Source of the DNA: Epiperipatus broadwayi
Lineage: Eukaryota; Animalia; Onychophora
DNA: 64,000 nucleotides
Assembly: GCA_028023455.1 (NCBI GenBank)
Contig: JAQFVV010000007.1
Span: 9,238,001 to 9,302,000, forward strand
Direction of reading: 5' to 3'
Shown here: in pieces, positions 26,250 to 39,768 of the stretch
Layout: each line of letters opens with the position of its first letter
Numbering within the stretch: the stretch's first letter is position 1
The notes under the pieces: generated by a model
Seen by the model: the letters and a program-made list of their open reading frames with translations, nothing else
Databases searched by the model: none
Told to the model about the DNA's origin: nothing
Made by a program: the position numbers and the translations under genes

Positions 26250-27165
26250 GACTACTATAGAAATTAATTTTGTGATGATTATAGAAGAAATGAATTTTGC
26301 AATGACTATATAAACCAGTCAGTTAAACACTAATACATCCACATATAGAATATGCTGGTCCATGTTTCAATTTACTTGATATTTTTGCGATTATATCTTT
26401 CTGAAATACTTCAACACCACATCTTATTGCAGTTCTCCAATGTACTCTATCGCTTACCATATTTTCCCAAGGTGTCATTGCATTTCTTTAGAATATTTTT
26501 GAGATAATCCTTATATCATGAATAGGATCTATTTCTCCCATTAAATCCATACTCATGATAACCAAAAACACCTTTCAGGAAATATTTATTGTTCATTCAT
26601 TTTACATATCTAATCCAATAGAAGGTGGTTTTGCAGTAATATCAGGACTCAATAGTATTACATCTAACAAGCTGAAGAACATATTGATTGTTTTTACAAT
26701 TTTGCTATTATATTTTTTAAAAATTTGGAACATCCTTAAATGAAACTTTTTGATGCCTTTATAGGGTGCCCAAGTTTGACTTCCAGTTAAGTAAAATAAT
26801 AGTTTTAAAACAGCAAACATAGTTGTAGTAATTATTTTCCTGTGATGAAATGTTCTATATTTCACCTGTTAAAAGCAATAGCAGCACATTGAAATCTGTT
26901 TTTCACCTTAACATCCAAGCCCACTTTTTTATTTATAATACTACCAATGTATTTAAACTGATTTACATTCTCAACTTGATAACTACCTAAGCTAAAAGTT
27001 GCTGAAGATCTTTCTTCAGTCACTGATTCATAAAGAATTTGAGTTTTTTTTTTAATATCAATTAAAATGTCCAAATTTTTATATGTTGTATTCAAAACAT
27101 TAACCACATTATGTAAGTCATCGGTGAAATTACAAAAAAACAATAACACAATCATAAGCATATTG
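26250..27165 (-). pseudogene. RTE-clade LINE ORF2 fragment
   Basis: ORF 26862-27161 VENVNQFKYIGSII...VKNRFQCAAIAFNR and ORF 26602-26865 LLFYLTGSQTW; similar to the 1180-2035 fragment. Confidence 0.7.
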
Positions 27166-27389
27166 ATTACAAATTAATTTTTTTCCAGTTCAAGCTCATG
27201 GAATTCTTGAAATATTTTCACAGATCTCTGGAAAAAAATCCAATCAGACAAAACATGAACTCACATACAATATAAATCAGATTATTCTTAGAGATGCAAC
27301 CATAACACATAAAATTACTCACAGAATTAAATTTAGATAGTGCTATTGTAGAAATAATTTAATAGAAAAATGAAAGGTTTTGAATATGT

Positions 27390-27790
27390 GTTTTATCAAT
27401 TCTTACGTGTGGATCTGAGACTTGTATACCCAATGGAAGAACAGTACAGAGGGTTTAGATTATTCAATAAAATGTAGAAGACACATGTTGAGAATAACAA
27501 AAAGAGAAATACCACTGATGTCATCAAAAAGAGTTGGGACACTCAAATTGGATCTGGGCTGAACATATTGCTAGAAGAAATACATTAGCTAGACTACTTA
27601 AACTTAAAACTTTATTCCAAAAGTGTAAAAAAGATCCAGAATAAAACCACATATGAGATTGATGAATGGTATAAAAAAATTGCTGAGTTGATATGGAAAA
27701 AAGAAGCTATAGATAAGAAAAATCGGATTAAACTTACAAAAAAGAGTTCATCCTACAGTGGATTAACAATGGTTGAAAATAATGTTGATA
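27390..27790 (+). mobile_element. 3' end of the RTE family seen at 42400-44639
   Basis: Shared TGGATCTGAGACTTG, TGGGCTGAACATATTGCTA, TTCATCCT(A/G)CAGTGGATT..AATGGTTGA. Confidence 0.8.
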
Positions 27791-27937
27791 TATGGAAATA
27801 ATCTTCAAAATATTTTTTAAATAAAAAAAATAAGTATATAATAAATGAGTTAATTTATTTTGAATTTAAAATTATTTAACTTTATGGTTCTTGTGACTTA
27901 TGCCCAATGTGCCTGCTTAAAAATTATTTAACTTTAT

Positions 27938-28730
27938 GGTTCTTGTGACTTATGCCCAATGTGGCCGCTTGATGGCATTATTGCTTGCAAAAATGATTAA
28001 ATGTAATGTTACCGGGCCAATAATTTTTTGCTTTCTGTTCTCCGACAATTTTTTAAAGTATTTTTAAAAAATTTATGAACCAACATTATTTTCTAAATTA
28101 CATTTTTTAATTACATTATACATTTCAGTGTGTAGTGGAAACCAAGCTTTCAGCGTGTAGTGCTGGAATGTGCGGGGGGGGGATCTCTGATGGTTTTGAG
28201 CTAATACACGCACTACTCTGAGCAAACCAAACTTTCAGCATATGTGTGGGAGTAATGGCCGATGGTTTTAAAACAATGTACAAGAACAGCCATTTCATTA
28301 CTCTCATAGCTATTCTCCCGCAAATGTGCCTTTTCACATGTCTTGTGTGAAATGATTCTGGGACATACCCTTTTGCAATTGTTTTTACCTTCCAAGATGT
28401 GTAGGGAAATGCATGATGGGCTTACAATTATTAGTATGTAATACTATGTCAGGTAAGGTGTAAGATCCTTACTTCCAATGCACACAAAAACACTTATGGC
28501 CAATTAAATTCCATACACCCTCACATCCTATGGTAATGATATGTGAAGTGTGCACTATTTCTATAGTGATGTGAAACACAATGTGCAATGCCATTTAGGC
28601 CTGCTAATGGTTAATATGAACAGAACTGTTCTATAGGCTGTAAATTGGGCAGCGTAAACAGCATATTTCTGTGCTTTTGCAGAGAAACAATGCCATCAAG
28701 TGACCAAATTGGGCATAACTCACTACTACC
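27938..28730. mobile_element. Non-autonomous Merlin-type DNA transposon (793 bp, ~42-bp TIRs, 8-bp TSD)
   Basis: Left GGTTCTTGTGACTTATGCCCAATGTGGCCGCTTGATGGCATT; right end reverse complement GGTAGTAGTGAGTTATGCCCAATTTGGTCACTTGATGGCATT; TSD AACTTTAT at 27930-27937 and 28731-28738. GG termini with an 8-bp TSD fit Merlin; the superfamily call is inference. Confidence 0.8.
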
Positions 28731-30599
28731 AACTTTATTAAACTTTTAATCACTTCAGAATGGTAGCTTAAAAATTGTGATTATTGTGAATAACAACAGT
28801 TAATAATTTAAAATACCAAAAAAAATAGTTACATCTATTTTTTTTTCAACTATTTTTTTTTATTGCTTATACACTCAAAAAAATTAACATTACAAAAATT
28901 AAATATCATCCCAACAATTCACCCATTTATCATAATGTACAAAATATCTGGAAATATTATCTTATCTATTGCTAACCTCAGTGGAAATCAAAAAGAGTTC
29001 AATACAATTTTAAAAAATTGAAAACTTTATATCAAATAGTTGGAAAAAATAATAACTAAATAAAAATATTTAAAAACTTAAAATTAAATCTAACATTATC
29101 CTATTAATGATCATTACATATGGTTATTCAATTCACCATTACAAAATTTGCTATTTTCTATTATTACACCTGATGGAAGTTTTTTAAAATGCTCAACCTT
29201 TTATCTCTGTACAAAATCCTTATTTTATACTAAAACTCAAGAAATTTGACTTGATTTCTTTTTAACTTAATTTTACAATTGAAATATATTTTAAAAAATC
29301 ATATTTGAATTTTACAAATATTGAAAATATGAGCTGTAAATACAAAGGATGTAATTATGTTGCATGATCATATATTGATAGGAAAGTAAATTCTCAGAAA
29401 ATAAATTCATTTTTATTTGAAGTTTTTTCTTTAAATGCTAACAAATGAATATGTATTTATTATAAATCTATCAAATTCTGCTTTAAAATCTGATATTTGC
29501 TTTATAATTATTACAATATCTGAAAAGATTTTAACACCATGTTAATTCTGATAGATAATGATGTTACACATGCCATAATTTGCTCTGTTTAAATTATGAT
29601 CAAGTTTATTCTTTTTGTTTTAAATAATTATCAACCAGTTAGTGTAGCAAAATTCATATTTCTTTTATTCCAAAAACTTTGCATGAAAATTAGACCAGAA
29701 AAACCTGGATATTTTTTTTGTTATTGTTATAAACAATAAAAACCTTAGATCTTTATCAACAGTCCATAAGATACTTATACCTCTACAGATTTTTTTTTTT
29801 TTTTTTCAATTAAAAATCAATAAAAGCAGTATAATAGATTCTATATTACAAAAAAAACCTAGCTAATATTATTTATGATCATGATAAAATTGTGATCCAA
29901 AGTAATGAATCTACTCCACATTTTTGGAAATAAAAAAGCCGTTTTCTACTGAATCTGAAAGTTAATAATTTAATAAATATTTGTATCAAATACATTGATT
30001 TTAAAATGAATAGACTGTTTGTAAAGATAAGAATTCTGTAAAATAATAAATATACAAATAATTAAATATATCACATGTACAGTTATTTTATTTAAGATCC
30101 TAGGGGATCCTGTATGAATTTATGTTTTTATTTCTTATCCTATCGATATGTTTTATTTATTTATTTATTTTTATTGGATAAAGTAGAAAAAATATAAATT
30201 TATATGTAAAAAAAATTAAATGCAAAAACATGAAATTCAAGAACTTATAAAGTATAAAAATAACAAATCGTGTTTTTCTTAAAAAAAGAATTGGAAAAAA
30301 TTTTCTGAAAAGTTCAGTTCACATATAATTAAAAAAGAAAAATACAAGCTATTTAAAAATACATGAAATTGTTTATATTTAATTGAAGTTTTTATCTGAC
30401 AATCTATTTATAAATGGAATCTAAGAAAGTAAAAAAGAAAACAATTTTTGATAAGTAAAAATAGGGGTCTGAAAGTCAAGAAAACATACTTTTACCAGAT
30501 ATCAGAAAGGCAATATATAAAAAATTATGACTGCTAATTCATTCATTCATAGATTATTATATACCTTCATTCACTATTTACATATTCACCATGTAAGGG

Positions 30600-31150
30600 A
30601 AATCATAATGCAGTGCAAAGCCAGGAGTGAAGAAGAGAAAAAATTATAAGTATGACAAGTTACTATATGTCATACAGCTACAAAGCACTTCTTAGTATTT
30701 TATTTGTAATCATGCTAGAAAACTTTATGAAAATGAATTTCTCATATGTCATAGCATCAGCAGGGACACAAACTTTCAACTGTCTGCAACCAACTACTTG
30801 CTTGCAAGGCGGATGCGATGACCTCTCTGCTAACAACGCTTGACATGAAAATGAATTTCAAATGTAGATGCTGAGTAAATGCAGAAAGATACTTATCTAT
30901 CTACCCAAAATGTAACTTCTTACCAGTAAAATGTTTCCATATCATGCCTTGCAATTGAAATGCCTGAGGATAACAATAAATGTGAAAGCCAGTTTTTTTG
31001 TCTGATTTAATGTATTAATAGAAGTTTGTTTCAGCTGCTCTAATTGGTTGAAGAGAAATAGTATACAATGAAACAAATTCAAAGACTCTAAATTGGACAT
31101 AAATATCAAGGTGAGTGATAAAACCCAAAAACTGGCATAAAGAAATATTA
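30600..31150 (+). pseudogene. Heavily decayed RTE-like remnant interrupted by a SINE
   Basis: Weak similarity around 30930-31110 to the RTE FHxxCLRxIL...QLRWxGH region; many stops. Confidence 0.35.
30742..30844 (-). mobile_element. Short tRNA-shaped SINE (TGC-type core), 15-bp TSD, no A-tail
   Basis: TSD ATGAAAATGAATTTC at 30727-30741 and 30845-30859; homologous to 19787 and 40533. Confidence 0.85.
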
Positions 31151-31802
31151 AATGATTATAATATATAAAACAAATCTATAGTGTTGAAAAAAATATTTAG
31201 GCAGTAAGTTTATAAATTTTTAATTCTATGATAAGACTGTTGATGCAAATAATATATGTAGATATTAAAACACTGTTGGAAGAGATTCTTTCTTCATTCT
31301 TGGATTAATTAATAATGCCATATTTTTATCTGGCTAAGAAATTAAGTTTACTCTGATATTCCACTAGTATTGGAAAGATTACACTTATAAATATTAAAAA
31401 GTTAAAGATTAGGTGGATACATTGTATTCTTTATCTATACAAAGTGTTATTTAATCATGAACTGAGAATGATTTATCTCTTTTAATTAATAATATGTAGA
31501 TGCTGTTAGAACTAAATGATTATTTTTCTTATTATATTTGTTTGAAGTTCATTGTATTCATTAATTTTATTTATTGAAACTTGTACTTACAGGTTTTTTT
31601 TTGATGATGATTCCAATGACTGTAGTTGGTTACCTTCAAATTCTGAATTCCAAATTACAATTATGCATGTACATATATTTATATCAAGATTTTCACAGGT
31701 TACAGATATAAAAGATATATTTTGCAGATTCATTAAACTGAAATATCAGTATATTTATATTTATCAGCAAAATCATACACAGATAAACCCACAATATATA
31801 TC

Positions 31803-32479
31803 TATATATGCTGGTTTAGCATGAAATATGAATATTGGTGATTATAAATCTTTTCTACATGTGTGTGGTCATGTGTATCAGTTGTATGAGATAGTGTGGA
31901 TAGTTGAAGGGTGCTTGAAAATCTGAGTTCAAATCCTCTATACTTACAATTAAGCTCCCAGATTTGTGAAGAGTGCCTGGTTTTCAAATATTTACCTATC
32001 AAGCTTGTATCCTGTCCATCCCTCTTATATGTATTTAATGGATACTGTCCTATACATGAGGGGTCAGAGTGATTTCAGGTCAACATGGGCATGGCAATAA
32101 TATTAGCATCAGCATGGGATTTGAGTTTTCATCATCAGATTTTCAATGATATGGATGGCTGAAAAGTTGGAGGTTGCAGTGGATTGAAGCCTGTCCATTA
32201 AAGTATGAAAATTTGCTATCTTAATATAAACTGAGCATTGATTATATATATGTGTGAGAGATGATAATCTGGACCAACTGATGAGTGCTGGTTTAGCATG
32301 AAATACGTATATTGGTGATGATAAATCTTTTCTACATGTGTGTGGTCATGTGTATTAGTTGTATGAGATAGTGTGGATAGTTGAAGGGTGCTTGAAAATC
32401 TGAGTTCAAATCCTCTATACTTACAATTAAGCTCCCAGGTTTGTGAAGAGTGTCTGGTTTTCAAATATTTATATATGCT
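31803..32479 (+). mobile_element. Family B2 partial tandem (period ~478 nt) with 10-bp terminal direct repeat
   Basis: ~31807-31990 nearly identical to ~32285-32470; TATATATGCT at 31803-31812 and 32470-32479; GAGTTCAAATCC in both repeats. Confidence 0.85.
32273..32316 (+). ncRNA. Type I hammerhead ribozyme, family B2, intact
   Basis: ACCAA-CTGATGA-GTGCT GGTTT AGCAT-GAAA-TACGTA-TA-TTGGT; 5-bp stem I, ATACGTAT palindrome, predicted AUA triplet. Confidence 0.9.
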
Positions 32480-33924
32480 ACTAATGTTAAAATATAAAGA
32501 ATTGTTTTTCAGCAAGATATAATATATTAAATTAGTTAATAAAAGCTAGAAATTACAGTCCCTGATAAATTGGTTTCTCTCTCTTTAGATGAGAAATATA
32601 AGCAAATATTTTTCTGACATACCAATGTAGAGTATAATTTTTTAATTTATCTGGGGCATGGATATTTTTAATTAATCAAGCTATTTCAATAAATGATTTA
32701 TTTTTGTTATCTAAAACTAAATTTAGGGTCTGTGCTATTCTTACTAAAACCTTATCTCAATTCCATTATGTACTTAAATACTTTATGACCTTGAGTATGT
32801 TTATGACTCAAACTGGAAAATGTTAGTAAATTAACAAGGAAAGAATTAAGATATTACAAGAGAGTATTACTTCATCATATATAGTCTTTCTTAAATAGAA
32901 ATGGTGTTCCAGGAACCTATTTGTATATTCTCAGTGTAAATGAAGTTACTAGATGTGATTCTTAATCCAATCCTCATATTTATGATTGTAAAGTGGTGGT
33001 GATCAGAAAATATAACTGTTTTTTCTCTTACTTCTTCCTTATGATCTTTACAAAATAAAAATACGTTACAATTAACCTAATCGTTAATTGAGTCTCTATG
33101 TTATATAAAATCTATATTATATGAAACATCTTCACAACTTCTTTCCTTCACGCTTTTTTGCTCTGCTTCTTTTCATTACATTATACATTACCTTAACTTC
33201 TGCTTTCAAACTACACTTTCGAAAAGATGTTTTTTTTTTTTCAGAACTATTTCTATTTATTTTTTCATGCACATACACAAATATATCTTTTAGTTTTTCT
33301 TTTCTCTTTTAAGCAATCAATTAAAACCAAAATTGTCAATTAAAACACCCAATTGAAACAACTAATTAAAAAGAACAACAACCATTTTTTTTAAAAAAGA
33401 TACTTTTTTTAATTAATTGTTTAAAATGTGAAAATTTGGGTTAAAGACTTAAAGATAAATTAATGTATATCTGAGAGTGTTTTGAGGAAATAAATAGCAG
33501 TTTTAAAAAAAAATGTCTTTATTTTGAAAAATGTAATATAAAAGAAGATGAACTAATATTTTTTCAAAAGCAGAAAAAAGAAACATTTTTATTATGCTGT
33601 ACGTAGTCCCTTCCCCAAAAAATTTTGCAATATATTTGCACTAATTTTTTGTACTTATTTAATATCCTTGAAAAAGATTATAATAAATGATTGAAACATT
33701 GGAATGGTATTTAATTTTCACAGTGTTTCTTTTTGTTGTTGGTGTTTTTCAAATATGAGGGAACCACTGAAGCACTACTGATATATTAAGCAATAAATCT
33801 AATATGACAATAAACACCTGAATTAAATAGTCTTAATATTAAAATAATAATATGAACAATAAATATGTGAGAATTTTAAATTTAAATATATGTAATATTT
33901 ATTGTGTATATTATTTTAATATTA

Positions 33925-34455
33925 TATATATATATAATCTTATAATTGAATATTTATAAATATAGTAATTTCATATATGTAAAGTATACCTTTAAAAATT
34001 TTATCCATTTAGGAGCGCTTTCGACTATGCTTGTAGTCTTTGTCAACTAACACTTTGAAAGGCTAACTTTCCTACAATTCTGTGATCTTAACATTTGCTG
34101 CCTGTCTGTTAATTAAGTCTTGTTTGTAAAAGGAAGCTATGCTAATATATAAATACAAACAAGACTTAATTATTATTATAATTAATGTAAAAATATTGCA
34201 AATTGAAAAAAATAACAACAAAAGGAAAATAAAGGAAGCTATGCTAATATACAAATACAAACAAGACTTAATTAACAGACAGGCAGGAAAGGTTAAGACC
34301 ACCGAATTGTGGGAAGGTTAGCCTTTCAAAGTGTTAGTTGACAAAGACTACAAGGATAGTTAAAAGCACTCCTAAGTGAATAAAATTTTTAAAGTTATAC
34401 TTTATATATATCTAATTACTATATTTATACATATTTAATTGTAAGATTATGTATA
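33925..34455. mobile_element. Palindromic PLE terminus: GIY-YIG C-terminal fragment between two inverted HHR-bearing arms
   Basis: ORF 34139-34321 NVKILQIEKNNNKRKIKEAMLIYKYKQDLINRQ resembles PLE GIY-YIG C-termini; ~200-bp inverted arms; internal duplication of AAGGAAGCTATGCTAATAT...CAAGACTTAATT. Confidence 0.8.
34009..34050 (-). ncRNA. Type I hammerhead ribozyme, intact U3-A8 variant
   Basis: Minus strand TTAG-TTGACAA-A-GACTA CAAGCA TAGTC-GAAA-GCGC-TC-CTAA; the sister copy at 34334-34375 (+) has CGAAA>TAAAA and GCGC>GCAC. Confidence 0.85.
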
Positions 34456-34749
34456 GTGATGTGAAGAAATACAGACATTGGATTATAATATTATTATATA
34501 TTACTCATGTATTTACTGTTACGTTAGATTATTTAATATAAAGATAAATACTACAATGTAAAAGAAAATCAGAATTGTTTAATTAACAAATAGTATAATT
34601 AAACAGAAATAAAAAGTATTTAATTAATAATTATTATGAATAAGTGGTACATTTTTTATTCCTTTTATTTGTTCATATTGTTTAATGAAACAATTAAAAA
34701 TATAAGCGATGGTTTGTGCTTTCAATAACCAGTGAAGACAAACATTTAG

Positions 34750-35160
34750 ACAAGTCACAAATCTCCCTATTCATTTATTTACTGTTAATATTATAAATAT
34801 TTAAATATATAATTCTCAGGTATTTATTATTCATATTATTTTAATATTATATCTATTTTAATCATGTATTTACTGTTATTCACAAGATCACAAATCTCAC
34901 TATTTATTTATTTATTGTTAATTTTATTATTCAAATAACAAGAAAATATATAAAATTGTTTCATATTTATTTAATAAATACGAGATGACAAATCTCCTTA
35001 TTCACTTATTTACTATTAATTTTATTGCTAAAATGACAGCAAGATAAAATATAAAATTGTTACACATTTAGTATGTACTTTTCATATTATTATGAAGTGA
35101 CAAATCTCTTTATTCACTTATTTATTGTTAATATTACACCTATTTAAATATAAAATGCTA
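34750..35160. repeat. Degenerate minisatellite, 4 units of ~100-135 nt
   Basis: ACAAATCTC..TATT(C/T)A.TTATTTA.T.TTAAT recurs at ~34756, ~34889, ~34988 and ~35100. Confidence 0.6.
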
Positions 35161-35595
35161 GCATATTTATCGTTTGTATTTTGATTTTAAGGTACTTTTG
35201 TTGAAGCTGTATGATGGAAGATTACCACCCATATTTTATTTAGTTATTCATGTTCAGAGGCCTCAACTATTTATTTATTTTCTCAAAAATATTTTAACGA
35301 ACATGTATTACTTACTAAAATTAAACAATATTAAGAAAATAAATTATAAGTTACTGCTGTTATTAAAAAATATTACTAAATGACTTAAATTGTTTTTTCT
35401 ATAATCCTACTAAATGACTTATATAAAAACACCATTTCACAACATATAATTACTAATTTTTTTTATGTATATGATAGCATATGAACGTAAACACATTGTG
35501 AATATTGTTGTCATTATTTAGTGGCATTTTATTATGCTTAGTGTAATATTATTTTAGAACTTTACTTTACTTGTTTTTTGTGGAAATAAATAAAT

Positions 35596-35757
35596 TTGGG
35601 ATCTTCCAATGACAGAATAAACAAAAAGTATGGGGGAACTGCAAGACAATACATAGATTCATATTTAGCAGAATTTATGTTAAGCCGACTGTATAAAGAT
35701 GAATATGCATTTGTGGAAATGATGCATGCTATTAAAGATGTATCCCTGCCAATATGA
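35596..35757 (+). pseudogene. Merlin/ISXO2-like transposase C-terminal fragment
   Basis: LGSSNDRINKKYGGTARQYIDSYLAEFMLSR resembles the WGxxKxxNKKxxGTxRxxxxSYLxEFMWR motif of eukaryotic IS1595-like transposases. Confidence 0.7.
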
Positions 35758-36728
35758 AGAACCCATATTTGTAACACACTCTTGCTATAATTTCTTTGAT
35801 CAGCTTTTTTATTTCTTATTTATATTAAATTTTCTTTAATTGCAATCATTTCTAATTTTGTGTATTTTCTTTTGTTTTTCAGAATCCTATTAAATAAATA
35901 ATATTAATTACAATAGCTTGTAGTCAGCCATATTCTTTGCAAGATTATTTTGATGCCCCTGTCAATCGATAATTAAAACAAACATGGCTGGTGAACTTTC
36001 ATTGTACATCTTCTACAAAAGTACCAATTTTTTAATATTATAAATATTTGTATAATTACTAATGTGTTAGGTTTATCGCTTAACTATTTCACAAAAGTTA
36101 GCACAGTTGCTACTCATTCAGTTGAAATTAAAATTTCTTTGTTTTCATTTTAAAAGAGCAGGAAAACCAAATGAACTACACATATGTAAATACCATCATT
36201 CTCTGTGGTTTGAGTTCCTTTTTAATATAGTGTATAATATATTAAAATCGGTCAAAATTTACATTTCTTATTCATATTTCTAGTAATAAATCCATTTAAT
36301 TATTTTTTTCTGCTCAATATATTATATTGTACAGAGAAAACAAAGGCATAAATCTCTTAGTGGCAAAATATAACTACAAAATGGATTCAACATGTTTCGA
36401 AGATTTTGCTATTTCAAGGCCTTCAATCTGAAAATAAACATTATGTTGCATATTATATGTAAGTATTAATTTTAGATTTTTTTATTATTTATTATTATTT
36501 TAGATTTTTTTAATTATTTGATTATTATTATTTTAGATTTTTCTTTGTAGTAATGTGTCTGTGTAATATTATAGATATAATAACTCTCAAAAGCTTTAAT
36601 AATTTACTAGCATGTATGTACTTGTATAAGTGTGTTTATGTTTGTAAAACAACTAATGATTTTAACTGCATTTATAAAATTAGACTATTTTAGAGCAGTG
36701 CAATATAAATTTTAAGGCTGATTATTAG

Positions 36729-37320
36729 ATGCACAGAAAGGTTACAGTTGATGAAGCAATCACTAAATTTACTGGGCATAGTACCATATGATAATAAATT
36801 CTTAAAACCAATAAAGAGAGGTTTTAAATGGTAGGTGAGTGATGATAGCCAGAATGGTTATGTATACCACATGGAATTGTATGCAGGCAAATAATCAAAT
36901 CCAGAGTCTTGCCTGTGCCTTGGTACTTGTGCTGTGGAGTCAATAGTTTTGCCATATTATGCATCACATTATTTGCAAGTCTACAGCTAGCAAATGAGGT
37001 ATCTGCAAATAAATTATATCTCTGTGGGATAATAAATATAACAATATAGCATCACTAGTGTGCACAAAAAATATGAAATAAAGAAAGGAAACTCATTTTA
37101 TCACTGATACAGACAGTGATTTTCAATTTCTAGTTTTGGATAGACAAGCAGCCAATTGCTAAGATTACAAATGCATATCCACCACCTGGAAATGATTTAT
37201 TTTGTATCTTTAATTAGGATGAATCTTTTTCTTATAGATGCCTTGAGATTTTTTAAGTTCTGGAGTCTGAAGCTATGGATTATTTCAGGTAAGAAGTATT
37301 ATATATGGTTTGAATGAGAA
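36729..37320 (+). pseudogene. piggyBac transposase fragment
   Basis: KVTVDEAITKFTGHS / KPIKRGFKW*VSDDSQNGYVYHMELYAGK / FWIDKQPI match the VDE, KPxKxGxK, NGY and WxDxKPV motifs; stops and frameshifts. Confidence 0.85.
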
Positions 37321-39768
37321 TTTTGTGAGGAATATAATGAAATTATCAATAAAGATGTAATTTTAAACTTAGCTAATGATAAATTAGAAATTATAAACAA
37401 ACAATAAAGTAATATTTTTTTCAAATATTGAAATTTCTTTTTTCCCTTTTTTAATGGTAATCACTACTTTTCATAGCCTTATTTTTTCCTTAATTTTTCT
37501 ACTTTCTATCAATGTAAAGCTTTTTGCTCTACCATAATTAAAACTGAAGTTATTGTGAAAATTGGTCTCAAATCATTTTTTTTTAATTCAATATGGGGCT
37601 AAACATCTTTAAACTGTTTTAATATGTCAGAAATCATTCAGTGGTGCCCTTATATATAAAAAAAAAATCACAGAGCACATACAAAAATGGTACTGAATAT
37701 ATTATATAAAGATTTATACTTCATTTTATATAAATTGTATATCTTAATAATTAAAAAAATGTATGGTACTTTTAAATATTAATTGGATAATAGGTGAATG
37801 GCATAATGTTCTACTGACTGGTCTATATCTTCTTTGTAAAATTCATCTTTATTTTTTTCTTCTTTTTATTTACCTATTAAGTCAGAGTTTTGAAAATATA
37901 TTTATGAAAATCCTAATTAGAAAAATATTAATAGTACTGTTAAAAATTTAAAGAATTTTTTTCAGATAAATGGGAAATGCCATCTTTTTATAAATAACAC
38001 AGCAATATAGAATTTAAAACATTCACTCCTTTTTCAAAAAAGGTTCATATGTTGAAAGAAATATATTCTAATATTTTTATACTTAAGTTATGAAAACAAA
38101 AAAAAATCTGTGTCAAAAACTTACAACTAATTATATTTTTTTTTTTTTAGAAAAAAGTAAGTTATACTTTATGTAGTAAAAGAAACGCCCTATTTTTTAA
38201 AAAAGGATAAAAAACAACTAAAGTAAGGCATTACAATTTTATAAATTAGAAGACCTATATGGATTAATGCAGTGTATAATGGTGACTCTGGGGATCAAAG
38301 TTCATGGTTCATGGACCAAATTTATCACTGCTGATGCTCCATTGTTTTACGAAATTTCCGAAGATTATTATTAAAAAATTAGAAAACAAATTGATCATAA
38401 ATTTTCTTCAATTGCCTGTTTTTTTTTTATTTAAAATACTGAAAATGAATAAATAAATGTAGATAACAAAAACACTAAAGATAAGACTTTGAAATAATCA
38501 AATTGTATCAATTAACAGATATTACACAAAAATTAAAACAGTCATTGGAAATTCAGCGACATATTTGATTTGGTGTGATTAGATTTTGTTTATACTTGTA
38601 GCAGACAATTTAATTATTCATAAGGTTGTTTATGTGATGTTTAAGCACAAAAAGTGAGTAATTCAGTTTTAATTCAAAAATCTTTAATTCTTCAGTCCAT
38701 CAGTTTAACATTGAGCATGCTATGAAGGGCTAATAATCAAACACTTGGTCAAGATGAGAGATCATATGATGATTTTTGATTGAGAAGGCTTTAGCTCACA
38801 AATCTATGATAAACAGCAAAGAATATTTTATAATTAATAATATGACAAAACAATATTAATTGATAGCTATACATGTGAGTGGCTATTATTCAAAGAAAAC
38901 ACAACATTAATTTATTTTTATTTACAATGATAGCATCAAACTATTATTCACTGGAAATTATTTGTGCTGCACCAATATCCAAGAAAGTAATTTCTGGAAA
39001 CCAGAGATAATAGTCTTTCCTGATGTAAATATCTCTACACGATACTTGCATATATAATCTTCATTTAATATATCAAGTATAATAATAAAACAAACCTTTC
39101 ATTTTTTCCCATCTAATTTTGTCTAATAATTTTTGCATTGCCATCTATTTCCATTAACCAATTGCTACTAAGAATATCACTTGATCTCCCTAGCAACTGG
39201 CCATATAATTATTTTTTATTTTCCAAATCAGTAAGACAATGTTTAAATTAGTTCAAGAATTAGAAGTGATGCACCGATCTTCCTTGATGTACAAACCTCA
39301 TTATTATGTCTTTGCTTTATTATCTATGTTCAAATCCAGGCCAGGTAAGCTTAAATTTTTTTTTCAAATTTTGAACAAGTTTAGAATTTTGATTCAGCTA
39401 GTCACTCAACAGCTAACAGAATAACTTACATATTAGTTAGTAAATGGATATGTGGTTATTATTGACTAATAGTAAAACAAGGTGAAAACTGTTTGGATCT
39501 TCACCATTTAATAATCAGCAGTCCTTATGAATATCTCCCTTCTTATTTCTCTAGAAGGAGACCATGGAAGAGTTTTTAGCATGCAATGAGCTAGTTAAAG
39601 ACTGTTTTATTTTTACCTTATATACATTAATATGTATATAATTCAAACTTAAAGTCATATTTATGCCAGAATGCATTAAAGTAGAATCTAGAGAGTGAAT
39701 TAATATTGTTCATTTAAGTGACTTTCATAATGATTTAATTAGAAATATTAATAAATAATTTCACTTAT

